Below, one piece after another: positions 9,973 to 21,115 of a stretch of DNA of 64,000 nt. The stretch covers positions 6,008 to 70,007 of the forward strand of contig JAANOX010000102.1 of the NCBI GenBank assembly GCA_020184695.1, given 5' to 3'. This stretch comes from Histomonas meleagridis 2922-C6/04-290x. Taxonomy: Eukaryota > Protista > Parabasalia. The notes beneath the pieces are model-generated. The model saw nothing but the letters and a program-made list of their open reading frames with translations, was not told where the DNA came from and did not search any database. The first letter of the stretch is position 1. Every line of letters starts with the position of its first letter. A program made the translations under genes and the position numbers.

Positions 9973-12054
9973 TTATGTCAGCCGTTCTGATATCTGCACC
10001 CAAATGTTTGCCAGCTGCTGTGAGAGAACGCCTTTTTCTTGTTTGATTTGCACTATTTTTCTCAAGAAGCCGATTATCGGCATTAGTTCTCTTAAGTTGT
10101 TCAAGTTATTCTCCAAAATATTTATTGCGCCCATAGCGAACAGATCCAAAACATTTTGGTCGAATTGTTCCAACATTTTCTCGAATGTATTCACAATGCC
10201 TATTGACGACGCAGTTAATTCGTCATTATTAAAATGTTGTATTGCGATTTGTACCCAACTTTGTCCTAACTCAGATTGAAACAAATTCGTTTTAGCATTT
10301 AATAAGTCGATTAATTTCCAAAAATTTTCATCGTAAAGAAAATTCATTTTCATTAATAAACTTGTGATTTGATTTATAATTTCTAATGTCTCTTTAAGTG
10401 TGAAGATAAAATCGGGCGAAAGAATTATTAATGATCGTAATAACAAACATTGAAGTGTCATCAGATGTGAATCTTCTTCAGGATAATTAAAGACAATATC
10501 TTTCATCCGATATATTATCAACCTAAAGTTCTCAATATTTAACATGTTCATTTTAGTTGTTAACATTTCTAATAATGTGGTATCAAATAATAGGGTGCCC
10601 TGTGTTAAATCTGTTGTCAAATAACGGTTGAATACAACGTTATAAAAATCAATGAAACCGTCGCACTCAATTTTCTCTATCGGCTCCAAAAATTCACATA
10701 TGATCTTTGAAATCCTCATTTGAAAACTGATATCGTCTTTTTGAATGGATTCATTGAATGCGCACAACATGTAACGAAGCCATTCTGCATCTCTTGAGAA
10801 GTTATCATTAAAAATTTCTTCGAGTACAAACAATACTTTATCACGTACTCCTTCATCAATATCATTTACCATTGGTACTAATAATTTTGCTAAAGATTCT
10901 GTAAATTCAGGTTTTGGATTTATAGAAATAAAGATACTATACATACATAATATAGAATCCCCTCTAAATTCATCATGTAAATGTTCTTCTAAAAATCCCA
11001 TGAAACTTAACGGTTTTGGGAGGTACCCAACGATCAACGATAGGACGCGCATGGTGTGCCCCGGATCAACACAAATTTGAATGAGTTGAAAAAGTAGATT
11101 TGTGGCGGTTTCTTTGTATAGTTGAACTATTTCACTTAGTATTTCCTGTGCTAATGAAGAGATGCCAAAATCATATGGACTATCTTCTCGATGTGAAAGA
11201 TAGTTAAAAAGTTCTACAACAAGAGGCTGATGGAACGGGATGATATGGAACTCTGTCATAAGGTTAATAGCATCAAAAAGTAATGCATCATCTGCTGATT
11301 TCATATAATATACAAGACAATCTGCAAATTGAGGATTACCTGTCTTAATAAAGAAAAAAGAAAAAATACAGGAAGCTTCACTAATGCCATTCTGATCAAA
11401 TTTTGTGAATGACGTGAGAAGTATTGGGATAATTATGTTTTGAATGGATGTAATGTAAGCAAAGATTTGTTCATTACTATCTGCTTGTTCTCTGAACTTG
11501 TTGATGAGTGCCCATATAAGTGTTAAGGATTGAGAAGCTACTAGTGATTCTGAATTATTGGATAAAAAATTGGATATCGGTTGTAAAAAATCAATTGGTA
11601 TTGGATAATTATGTTGAACTAATTCTATAAGACCATCAAGAGTATATAAAGCTGTTTTCTCATTTTGAAGAAGTGTCAAAAAAATGTTTTTTAAATTCGG
11701 AATCAATTGATCTCCAAAAGTTATTACCATTTCTGAAAGTAAAATTATAGCATGCTGAACTAAATCAGGGATTGATTCATTCAATATTTTGAATATTCCA
11801 TCAAGAAAATAATTAATGTTTTGAACAAAATTCTCTGGTGAAATATTTTTTAGGTAACGCCTTAGCAAAAAGAGGGCGAGCTTCCTGTGCATTATACAAA
11901 AATTTGGTTCTGAGGAAATAGATATCAAATATAGTCCAAAAGAGGGAAGATTTTCGACAAAGTTTCGGAACTTCTCGTACACAACGTGCTGATCTGCATT
12001 TAGTGATTGCGATTCGTTGAATAGTTCTAAGATGCTTTGTATGATTGCGTCCAT
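9973..12054 (-). CDS. HEAT/ARM-repeat protein, importin-beta/transportin-like N-terminus
   Basis: 693-aa helical ORF. The N-terminus ILELFNESQSLNADQHVVYEKFRNF..FGLYLISI..RKLALFLLRRYL resembles the IBN_N region of transportin. Confidence 0.5.
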   Translation of the reverse strand: MDAIIQSILELFNESQSLNADQHVVYEKFRNFVENLPSFGLYLISISSEPNFCIMHRKLALFLLRRYLKNISPENFVQNINYFLDGIFKILNESIPDLVQHAIILLSEMVITFGDQLIPNLKNIFLTLLQNEKTALYTLDGLIELVQHNYPIPIDFLQPISNFLSNNSESLVASQSLTLIWALINKFREQADSNEQIFAYITSIQNIIIPILLTSFTKFDQNGISEASCIFSFFFIKTGNPQFADCLVYYMKSADDALLFDAINLMTEFHIIPFHQPLVVELFNYLSHREDSPYDFGISSLAQEILSEIVQLYKETATNLLFQLIQICVDPGHTMRVLSLIVGYLPKPLSFMGFLEEHLHDEFRGDSILCMYSIFISINPKPEFTESLAKLLVPMVNDIDEGVRDKVLFVLEEIFNDNFSRDAEWLRYMLCAFNESIQKDDISFQMRISKIICEFLEPIEKIECDGFIDFYNVVFNRYLTTDLTQGTLLFDTTLLEMLTTKMNMLNIENFRLIIYRMKDIVFNYPEEDSHLMTLQCLLLRSLIILSPDFIFTLKETLEIINQITSLLMKMNFLYDENFWKLIDLLNAKTNLFQSELGQSWVQIAIQHFNNDELTASSIGIVNTFEKMLEQFDQNVLDLFAMGAINILENNLNNLRELMPIIGFLRKIVQIKQEKGVLSQQLANIWVQISERLT

Positions 12055-12220
12055 CTGAGATCAATTGATCGGCCATTTATATGAAACAAAAAGTCAAAAA
12101 TCAATGAACTCATTGAATATATTGAAAACAAATCATTTCTATGCAATTTGTAACACATTTATCTGAAAAAAAAATTGACATGAATACCACTTTTATTATG
12201 GATATTCGAAAGCTCATGAT

Positions 12221-15200
12221 TTAATCTTTGGGTTCGTCTCTGCTGCTTGATGAACTGCTGGGTGATTTACCACCACCACCGCCGCCGCTTTTCTTCTTAA
12301 TTACTACAATAACAACAACAACAATAATAATGATTACAATAACAGGAATACATACTGAAAGTGCAATTGTAGTCGCATTGGAACTTGAGCTAACTGGAAC
12401 TGGACAATTGGCATATGTATCCCATCCTCCCTTTTCAACATTTAATACTTGTGCCTCATCTTTGTTTCCAAACTTAGTTGGATAAAATGTGTTAGGAGTC
12501 ATTATATAAGTTACTGATGAATTATAGAAAGCGTTGTTCTCAACATCGACAACTTCTTGCGTGTAAATATCATTATCATTATGTGTTTTTCCTCTTTGAG
12601 GTATTTCGATACCTGGATAATAAACACATTGAAGTGATATACAATCTGAAAATGCATGTGATTTAATATTTCTGATATCAACATTAAGTGTGACTGAAGA
12701 GAGACTGGTACAAGCGGTAAATGCAAAGTCGCCAATCTCATCAATAAGTGGGGAAAGTGTAATTTCGGTTAATGAAGTACATTGAGCAAATGCAGATTGA
12801 GGAATAGTTGTTAGATTTTCTGGAAATTCAAAAGCAGTCAATGATATACAATGTGAAAATGCAGAGTCACCAATAGAAGTAGCACAGTTAGTTGTAATTG
12901 TTGTCAAATTATCACAATAAGAAAATGCACACACACCAATTTCTGTTACTTTATCAGATAATGAAATGGAAGTAATTCCATAACATGAATAATATGCATA
13001 ATCAGAAATTGTAGTGATATTAACTGGAAGTGCAGAATTGCCTTTGGCAGGTGGATGACATCTTACAATTTCCAAATTTTTATCATAGACAATTCCATCA
13101 TTGTTATAATTAGAAAATTTTGAATTGTTTACATGAACATTAATTGACTGGAGACTTGTACAAAATGGAAAAACAGGAGGGGACAAGGAATTAGTTGCTT
13201 GTGGTATTGAAATAGATGTGATTGAAGTACAATATCCAAATGCATAGGAACCGATGTTAGTAACAGCATCAGGGATTATAAATGATGATAATGATATGCA
13301 GTAATAAAATGCATGATGTTGTATTTCATCCAAAGTTGAAGTTTCTATAAATGTAACTTGTGTTAAATTGGTGCAAGTAGAAAATGCAGATGCACCAATT
13401 TTACTGGTTGTATTTGAAATTATTAAAGTTCTCAAATTAGAGCAGTTATAAAATGCGGATTCAGAGATAGTACTAACCGAACTTTGTGTAGAAATGCTTG
13501 TTAAAGAATAGCATTCATAGAACGCATATGATTTGATTGATGTAACTGATTCAGGGAAAGAATATGTTTCATTTCCACATCCTGCAGGATAGTACTGAAT
13601 TTGTGCAATTTGCTTGTCATAAAGAACGCCATCATCTTGAGAATTTGAATGTTGTGCATTACCTTCTGAAACTTTGATAAATTTAAGGCTTCTGCATGAT
13701 TGAAATACTCGATCGCCAACACTAACAGAATCAGGAAGAATAATACTTACTAATGAAACACAATATCGGAATGCAAAATCGCCAATTGAATTTACTTCTT
13801 CGCCAATAATTATATTTTCCAAATGACTACAAAATTCAAAAGCATGTTGATAAATTGTTTGAATTTTATCCGGAACTATAATATTTACAAATGAAGTGCA
13901 ATTATAAAATGCAGATTCGCCAATTGAGGTAGTTTCTTCTGGAATAACAATATTCCTTAATGAAGTACATCCGAAAAATGCATAAGGAGGAATTGAGCCA
14001 ATTTGTACATTAAGAAGTATATTTGTCAGTGATACAGCAGATTCAAATAAAGCATTACCTAATAAAACAGATTGTTCAGACTTTATTGCAACTGATTTCA
14101 ATAAAGAACAATTACAAAATGCACTAGCTGAAATTGAAGTTATATAAGGTGGTACTTCATATGCATCTTTTTGTTTTGCTGCAGGAAAACAAATAAGTTG
14201 ATTAGCTGTATGTTGTCTATAAAGAATTCCATCATTTTCATAATTATAATATCCTCCAATATTTTCATCTTCTACTTTTATAGACTGAAGACTAGTGCAA
14301 TAACGGAAAACATAATCTCCAATTGATTCTACTGTACTGGGAATTGTAATTTCTGGTAAAGAACTACAATGAGAAAAGGCTTCGTCAGAAATAGTTTGAC
14401 CATTAATTGTGCTGCTGTGTATACCACAGTAATTTTCAATTATAACAGATACAAGACTTGTACATTGATAGAATGCTTGAGATCCAATTAAATAAAATTG
14501 ACCTGGAATTATAGTACTTACTAATGAAGTACAATTGTAAAATGCACTATCTTCAATGCGAAATTCTTGGTTAGAATAAGAATCAGAATTACTTACAATG
14601 GTCAGTGACTGCATAGAATAGCATGAATAAAATGATTCGCTACCAATTAGTGTTGTTGAAGATGGAATCCAAATTGCTTGCAATGCATAACAATGAGAAA
14701 ATGCATAATCACCGATTGTCTTTAATCCATATGAAAACTCAACAGTTGCTAATTTATAGCAATCTAGAAATGCTGACTCTCCAATACTATTAACATCACT
14801 TCCAAATGTAGCTGATTCTAAGTTATAGCAGTAAGCAAATGCATTTGAACCAATCGTAGTCATATTACCCACTAAGCTAACAGTATGTAATTGTATGCAA
14901 TATCTAAATGCACAGGAGTTGATATAATAAGCAATTCCAGTAGAAATTGAGTATAATGATAAACATGATTCAAATGCATACGATGGAATATTAACTACAT
15001 ATGGTATTCCAATGCTATGTAATAAATAGCAATTTTGGAATGCATGAGATCCAAGGTATTTAAGACTTCCAAGACTTGCATATCGTAAGGAATAACATGT
15101 GTTGAAAGCATATTCTTTAATTTCGATAAGCGATGCTGGCAATGTAACTGATGTTAAACTATAGCAATATTGAAATGCTTTTTCATATATCGTATGAACA

Positions 15201-16222
15201 CGACTTCCAAATGTAACTGTCGTTAGATTAACGCAATAGAAAAATGTTTGGGTTCTAACATGTGTAACTAATTCTGGAATAGTAATACTTGTCAAATTTA
15301 AACATGTGTCAAATGCATGTTCTCCAATTACTTCAATATTAGTTCCAAGTGAAATACTTTCCAATAATGTACAGTTATAAAATGCATAATCAAGAATTAA
15401 TCTTCCTTCTTGTTGAACAACAACATTAGTAAATGAGCAATTATAAAATGAGCGACTTCCAATTATTGAAACATTTGTTCCAAGTGTTATGTATTTCATA
15501 TTGTAACAATTTTCAAATGCACTGTGACCAACAATTGTTAATCCATCACCAATTGTGAGATTGACCAAGCCAATGCATTCCTTAAATGCATTATTTCCAA
15601 TTGTAATGACTGAATCGGGAATTATCAAGTTAATGATTGAAACACATTGTTCAAAGGCTGAATTTCCAATTTTAGTAACATTTTTACCGATTGTAACAAC
15701 TAATTCATCACACTCAGCAAATGCTTTGTCACCTATTGATATAGTTGAGTCTGGAATTATAACATTCCTTAAAACAGAACAGTTATAAAATGAATTGTGT
15801 CCAATCTTTTCAACGCCTTGAGCAATAGAAATAGTTGATAAGTTGGCGCATTGTTGAAATGCACAGTTTCCTATCGAAATAACAGAATTTGGGATTGAAA
15901 GAGAAAGTATAGAAGTTCCCTCAAATGCATTGCTTCCTATCTTTTGAACATTTGCACCAATTGTAACAGTTGTTAAAGTTTTGATTGAGCTAAAAGCTGA
16001 AGAACCAATGGTTGTTACAGGTGTTCCAATTTCAACAGAAGTTAAAGAAGTAAAACTAGTAAAAGCACCAGCATCGATTGTAGTGATTCCACTAATTAAT
16101 ACTATCTCAGCTTCAGTATGGTTTTTCCTACTTTCGAACTCTTCTTTATTAGTGATTGTTAATGTTTTTGTTTCAGCATCATATGATTGCAGTGTTAATG
16201 GTAAAAACAAGAGCAAAAACAT
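12221..16222 (-). CDS. BspA-like leucine-rich repeat (TpLRR/LRR_5) surface protein
   Basis: Signal-like N-terminus, dozens of xIxIPxSVxxIGxxAFxxCxxL repeats, a C-terminal TM helix (IALSVCIPVIVIIIIVVVVIVVI-KKK) and a short tail. Confidence 0.95.
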   Translation of the reverse strand: MFLLLFLPLTLQSYDAETKTLTITNKEEFESRKNHTEAEIVLISGITTIDAGAFTSFTSLTSVEIGTPVTTIGSSAFSSIKTLTTVTIGANVQKIGSNAFEGTSILSLSIPNSVISIGNCAFQQCANLSTISIAQGVEKIGHNSFYNCSVLRNVIIPDSTISIGDKAFAECDELVVTIGKNVTKIGNSAFEQCVSIINLIIPDSVITIGNNAFKECIGLVNLTIGDGLTIVGHSAFENCYNMKYITLGTNVSIIGSRSFYNCSFTNVVVQQEGRLILDYAFYNCTLLESISLGTNIEVIGEHAFDTCLNLTSITIPELVTHVRTQTFFYCVNLTTVTFGSRVHTIYEKAFQYCYSLTSVTLPASLIEIKEYAFNTCYSLRYASLGSLKYLGSHAFQNCYLLHSIGIPYVVNIPSYAFESCLSLYSISTGIAYYINSCAFRYCIQLHTVSLVGNMTTIGSNAFAYCYNLESATFGSDVNSIGESAFLDCYKLATVEFSYGLKTIGDYAFSHCYALQAIWIPSSTTLIGSESFYSCYSMQSLTIVSNSDSYSNQEFRIEDSAFYNCTSLVSTIIPGQFYLIGSQAFYQCTSLVSVIIENYCGIHSSTINGQTISDEAFSHCSSLPEITIPSTVESIGDYVFRYCTSLQSIKVEDENIGGYYNYENDGILYRQHTANQLICFPAAKQKDAYEVPPYITSISASAFCNCSLLKSVAIKSEQSVLLGNALFESAVSLTNILLNVQIGSIPPYAFFGCTSLRNIVIPEETTSIGESAFYNCTSFVNIIVPDKIQTIYQHAFEFCSHLENIIIGEEVNSIGDFAFRYCVSLVSIILPDSVSVGDRVFQSCRSLKFIKVSEGNAQHSNSQDDGVLYDKQIAQIQYYPAGCGNETYSFPESVTSIKSYAFYECYSLTSISTQSSVSTISESAFYNCSNLRTLIISNTTSKIGASAFSTCTNLTQVTFIETSTLDEIQHHAFYYCISLSSFIIPDAVTNIGSYAFGYCTSITSISIPQATNSLSPPVFPFCTSLQSINVHVNNSKFSNYNNDGIVYDKNLEIVRCHPPAKGNSALPVNITTISDYAYYSCYGITSISLSDKVTEIGVCAFSYCDNLTTITTNCATSIGDSAFSHCISLTAFEFPENLTTIPQSAFAQCTSLTEITLSPLIDEIGDFAFTACTSLSSVTLNVDIRNIKSHAFSDCISLQCVYYPGIEIPQRGKTHNDNDIYTQEVVDVENNAFYNSSVTYIMTPNTFYPTKFGNKDEAQVLNVEKGGWDTYANCPVPVSSSSNATTIALSVCIPVIVIIIIVVVVIVVIKKKSGGGGGGKSPSSSSSSRDEPKD

Positions 16223-17761
16223 CTTATGCTGATAGTTTCACCAAAAAAAAAATGACAAAGGGAGTTGTTCACAAATAACTCACAAACGCCAAATCCTTTT
16301 CAAAAAGCAATGTAAACTTCTAAAAATTGGGTGTGGACTATTTTTCTTGGGCATTCCATACGATCAACTAGTCAATTTTGAAGGTGTGTTGAAAGTTGAA
16401 ATTAACCACCTTTGAATTCTAAAATTTGAGAACCTTCGTTCTAAAAAAAATACCAAATCATTTGTTTGACATATTTACACAAAGCCCTGGCCGCTTTGAA
16501 ATAAAAAAAACGGTATCTGAACGATGTCGTTGTTTAGAACCTATTGTTCCAAATGCTTGGTGATCATTTATTATTCATTGAATTTTAGGTTTCATCGTAG
16601 TTTTAATGCTTTTTTTGAATGAATAGTATACGAATGCAAATTTCCATTTCGAAAATTTTTGATTCTATAAATACATAATATGAAGAAAATAAGGATCCGT
16701 GATGTAATGTTGTAAGTGAAATATAATATAGTTGGCTTTGACTGCAAAAAAACAAGTAATTTTTTTGAGGTCAACAAACAAAAACAATTTTTTCTGAAAA
16801 AGTTCAAATTTGAAAGCAATAAATTCTGCAGGGGTGGTTTCAAAACGTGTCAAGAATAGGACTTTTCAATAGTATTACGATAGGAAAGAGGAGCCAGTTA
16901 CATATTCTTTTTTTGTTCTTTCTGTTTTGAGTTTTTTTTTTATTAGTGGTTCATCATATTTGCTTAGATGTGAATTTTTAAATTTTACAACTATTTGTTC
17001 GCCTTTATTTTTTACTTCCAATCTTATTTGATTGTTCTTCGTTGATTTGCCTCATTGTTATTTTTTTTCTTAGTTTTTTTAATATATTTATAAGATTAAT
17101 GTTATCCTCCAAAAGAAAGTGCAATTTTTTTTCTGTCAGAATACTTTAAATTCGCAATTTGATAAATTTATCTTAGTTTAATATCCATTCCTCTTACTTT
17201 GTTTTGTCCTTTTTTATGTTTTGTTTACTTCCAACACATAACACTAAAATATAATGCACATCCAATAAATATTTAATATAGATCGCTTTCATTAAATCCT
17301 AATTGAGTACCAGTAAACTAACAAGTAATTAAAGAACATAATCAAAAATATGAAAAATATATCAGAAAATCTACGAAAGTCAAATTAAAAGGCAAGTTCT
17401 TCTCAGTTGAAAAATAACATAACTCATTTTCAGAATGCTTTCTTCATAAAAAGTGTTCGTATTGGAAGGTAATATAGTGCAATTTTTAGCATATTTAACA
17501 ATTTGTAGAGAATCTAACAGAGTTTTTGGACAAAAATGTTTTTGTTTTTTGATAGCTGGTTCAACAATTTACTTGAAATTTTGAATTAAAATAATCTGAT
17601 CAAATTTGCAAATTTTGACCAATTTTGGTAAAATCCATTTTGCAAAAAATCCAACACACATGTTTAAGAGTCGAAGAAAAAGAGTATACTCTTTACTCTA
17701 TTTTATTTAAGTTCGCTGATTTATATAAATATAGTTGCTATGTATGGCAATACAAGCAACT

Positions 17762-18475
17762 TTAAAAGTAATATTGGTGATAATTCATATTTTCTTGTTG
17801 GAAAAAGGGATCGCTTACTCCTAGGCTTGGGGTAAGTTGTGACAATTCATCAATTTGATATGCTCCATCAACATTAAATTGGTTAAATGTGGTGGGAAAC
17901 TGTGATTTTTCACAAGCTAGGTTTTCTTTGGATGTTTTGTGACATGTGTGTCTTCGATGGGAATGAGTATGATGATGGCGGATCTTTAAAGTTAAACTTC
18001 TGGGAAGTTGGCGTGCTACTGTATTTTGTATTGGAAGGGAATTTCTGTATTGCTCTTTAGGGAACGAGTTACATAGTTCCGGCTGTATTTGTTTAATTTC
18101 ACAATCAACTAAAATTGATGCTACATGAGATGTTTTATGCATGAGAGGAATTTGAATTTGCGATTTACCGGAAGGTATTGAAGACAAATTTATTTTTGAC
18201 TTTGCAAAAACAATGTTTTTATTATCAATTTGAGATTTAATATAAAAAGATAAAAACAAAAAAACATCATCCAAGTTATCACATTTTAATCTAAAAGAGA
18301 ATTCGTGGCTAATGATTGGTTCTGTAACTTTTATAGGAGAAGTGTTTGTATATTGTTTTGATCGATTACATGCAACAGAAGCAAAGAATGTGTCTTGTTT
18401 CAAGTTCGAAATGCCTTTTATCAATCCTTCTGAAATTCTTGCTGATATAAGGTTTAATTTAATTTCAGATTCCAT
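17762..18475 (-). CDS. Hypothetical protein with C2-like N-terminal domain
   Basis: 237-aa ATG-started ORF. The beta-strand pattern IKLNLISAR..FFASVA..HEFSFRL..FLSFYIK..VFAKSKINLSSI..QIPL..VASILVDCEI is C2-like. Confidence 0.5.
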   Translation of the reverse strand: MESEIKLNLISARISEGLIKGISNLKQDTFFASVACNRSKQYTNTSPIKVTEPIISHEFSFRLKCDNLDDVFLFLSFYIKSQIDNKNIVFAKSKINLSSIPSGKSQIQIPLMHKTSHVASILVDCEIKQIQPELCNSFPKEQYRNSLPIQNTVARQLPRSLTLKIRHHHTHSHRRHTCHKTSKENLACEKSQFPTTFNQFNVDGAYQIDELSQLTPSLGVSDPFFQQENMNYHQYYF

Positions 18476-18584
18476 AAAATGGAAATGAAATTTATCCGCC
18501 CGATGAGTTTTTATTACATTGAAAATCGTTTTTTTTCAGAAGCAATAAAAATTCAATTATGTCGAAGACCAAGTTTTTCAGTGC

Positions 18585-19565
18585 TTATTTGTCCGCAGTT
18601 TTATTTAACGGTAAATCGCTTTCGATTATCGGCACGCGCGTAATGTTCTCAATTTTATCGTACTGGTTTTCTGCAAGTGACAACATTCCTTCAACAGGAT
18701 TCGGAGTTTCGTCTTTGATTATAAGTCCTGGGTTGTTAAATAATTGGGATGGATGAGCTGAATCATCAAGATCACTTGAATATGAATCTTGATGTTCGAT
18801 TTTCATAGAATGAATACCGGATTGTTCATTTGATGATTGGGCAATTGAGTCTTCTTCTTCGTTATCACTTATGTAATCATTTTTTATTTGGTTTTCTGTA
18901 TGAAGAGGGTTGTTGTTTATTTCACTGCTTTGTTCGATTCTATCGTCCATTGAAATTGGCGGTTTTTCTGATGTGGTGTTTTGGGAAGAATATTTTTGGG
19001 AAGAGTTCCATTCTTGGTTGTCGAAATTACTAGATTTATCCTCGTCTGTGCTGAATAGAGATTCGGTGTATTTGAAATTTTGACTGACTTCACTGAAGAT
19101 TTTGATGAGTGGATCCTCATCAGTTTGAGTTTCATTTAAAATGACAGAATTTTCGTTTTGGCTTTTTTGTGATTGTTGAGGTGTTTCTTTTTGGATTGTT
19201 AGCTTTGTTTGTATATCTTCAAATGCAATTGGTCCTTGAGATCGTTTTGGCCTTTTAATATATGTTTCGTCAATGACATTTTTTTTGGATGTGATTTTTG
19301 CATTTTTTACATCTGAATCTGGATCGATTGAAAAATCAGGATCGTTAAAAATAGAATCAAATTCTCCATTTCTAAGTGTTCGAAAAGCTTTTGTAAAAGA
19401 TTCAGTTTGCTTTGTACAATGAGAACATAACTTTTGTATGCGGACTATCGAAGAATCTTCTGGTGTGAAAATTTGGTTATACTCCTGACTTACTTGATTT
19501 TGCTGAAAAGTTTTGGTGATGTTTCTCAACATTGCTCTAATTTCGACAAGTTGTCGTTCTATCAT
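18585..19565 (-). CDS. Hypothetical low-complexity acidic protein
   Basis: 326-aa ATG-started ORF with coding-like composition; no recognised domain. Confidence 0.7.
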   Translation of the reverse strand: MIERQLVEIRAMLRNITKTFQQNQVSQEYNQIFTPEDSSIVRIQKLCSHCTKQTESFTKAFRTLRNGEFDSIFNDPDFSIDPDSDVKNAKITSKKNVIDETYIKRPKRSQGPIAFEDIQTKLTIQKETPQQSQKSQNENSVILNETQTDEDPLIKIFSEVSQNFKYTESLFSTDEDKSSNFDNQEWNSSQKYSSQNTTSEKPPISMDDRIEQSSEINNNPLHTENQIKNDYISDNEEEDSIAQSSNEQSGIHSMKIEHQDSYSSDLDDSAHPSQLFNNPGLIIKDETPNPVEGMLSLAENQYDKIENITRVPIIESDLPLNKTADK

Positions 19566-20293
19566 TTTCTTGTTTTTGGCTTAAACGTCTTCCAATAGCC
19601 TCAATGAAAAAACATTAAAATAATATTACAATTTAGATCTATCACTAAAACAAAAATTATAAGTATTTTCAAAAAAATTGAAGGCTATGTTGCCAATGAA
19701 ACAATAAATTGATTAGAAATGCTATTACGTAGTCAAATTGTAATGAAGAAAATAGCATCAATTGAGTGTTTATTTTATTTTTTTCCAAAAATTTGAGAAT
19801 GTGAATTCAAGATATTATTATTTTTTTTTTCACTGAGATTTTGTTTCTTTAAAATAATAACAATAAATATTAATTTCAATTTTTTTAAATTAAAATATTT
19901 TTATAAAAGATCTTTTTTAATTTTTTGTTTAGTATAGTATAGCCTTAAATGAAATCACAGTTAAACAACAGGATAGTTATTGCATTTTATAATTATTTTT
20001 TGATTCATGATCATATATCATACATGAAAAATTTAAACATTACTCATGCTGTTTCCAAGAAAGAGATTTAAAAATGTAAAAACATATTTGAAACTCTAAT
20101 TCAAACCTGGAATAATTCGTGAAATGGAGAAAATTATAATTTCGTAGGAAATCTAGTTTTATCTTTTATGTATCTATTTTATATAGAATTTTCCTCATTT
20201 TATCTTCAAATGTTCATTTATTAATAAATAATATGTCTTAATTTTTGATTATGCAGTATTTTTTATCGCAGTTAATATAAAATATGTACACAT

Positions 20294-20725
20294 AAAATAA
20301 ACGTAAGCATTACAGGTAAATATGCTGTTACAGGTGAATATGAGAAAATCATTCATTTCTGTGTTGCTATAATTTGTGGAAACATTGAAGTTGTTCAATG
20401 AAACAATGAAACATATGTTCCTTAAGGAACAGCAATTTTTACATAAGTGTGTGTTCCATTCTTTTGACAAAATTCTACAAGGATTATGGATGTTCTCGCT
20501 GATATCAAAATTTTTTTTATCAAATTGATCAAGAATGCTTTAGCACGCAATTTAGATAAACCAGATATCATTGTGGTTAACTTTGTTAAGGCCATGTTCG
20601 GTGTGACTCTGAAAGAATATCCTACAATCAATCAAGATCATGGTCGTGTTGAGTGCTATTAGTCTCTTCCAACAAATGATAAAATAATTCTTGCTGGGAA
20701 GAATCTAGAATCAGAACAAAAGTAA
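20294..20725 (+). pseudogene. Unidentified decayed ORF remnant
   Basis: One frame reads as protein-like for ~140 codons (SITGKYAVTGEYEK..MDVLADIK..LDKPDIIVVNFVKAMFGVTLKEYPTINQDHGRVECY*SLP..EQK*) but is broken by several stops. The stretch is GC-richer than its flanks. Confidence 0.35.
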
Positions 20726-21115
20726 CAAATTATGAATTTTTTATTTAATTAATAAAATCGAATCTAGATTTTGAATCATTCAGATTATGGTATTTTGTGC
20801 AAACTTTTCTTATTGCATTAATATTTGTAAATATTTTATATGATTATCGAATTTTTAAAATATCGAATTTTCAACGATTAATTAATTTTATCATTCAAAT
20901 CAATTTTACTTCGAAAAAACTAATTAAATACATTTTTTGTACTTTTTATATGATAATTAATATATAATTTATTCTAAAAATATTGCGGAATTTTCGTTCC
21001 AATTTCTTTTTTGTGGGTGGTCAACTTTTGAAAACATAATCCTTTGAATTTATAAACAGTTCAACTTCTTTCAAAAGAAATGATAAACTGCAAGGTCAAA
21101 AAGTGCTAAATTCTG

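Noticed and set aside
16592-16853. Two short overlapping minus-strand ORFs, possibly a transposon remnant
   Set aside because: No transposase motif, TIR or TSD could be identified.
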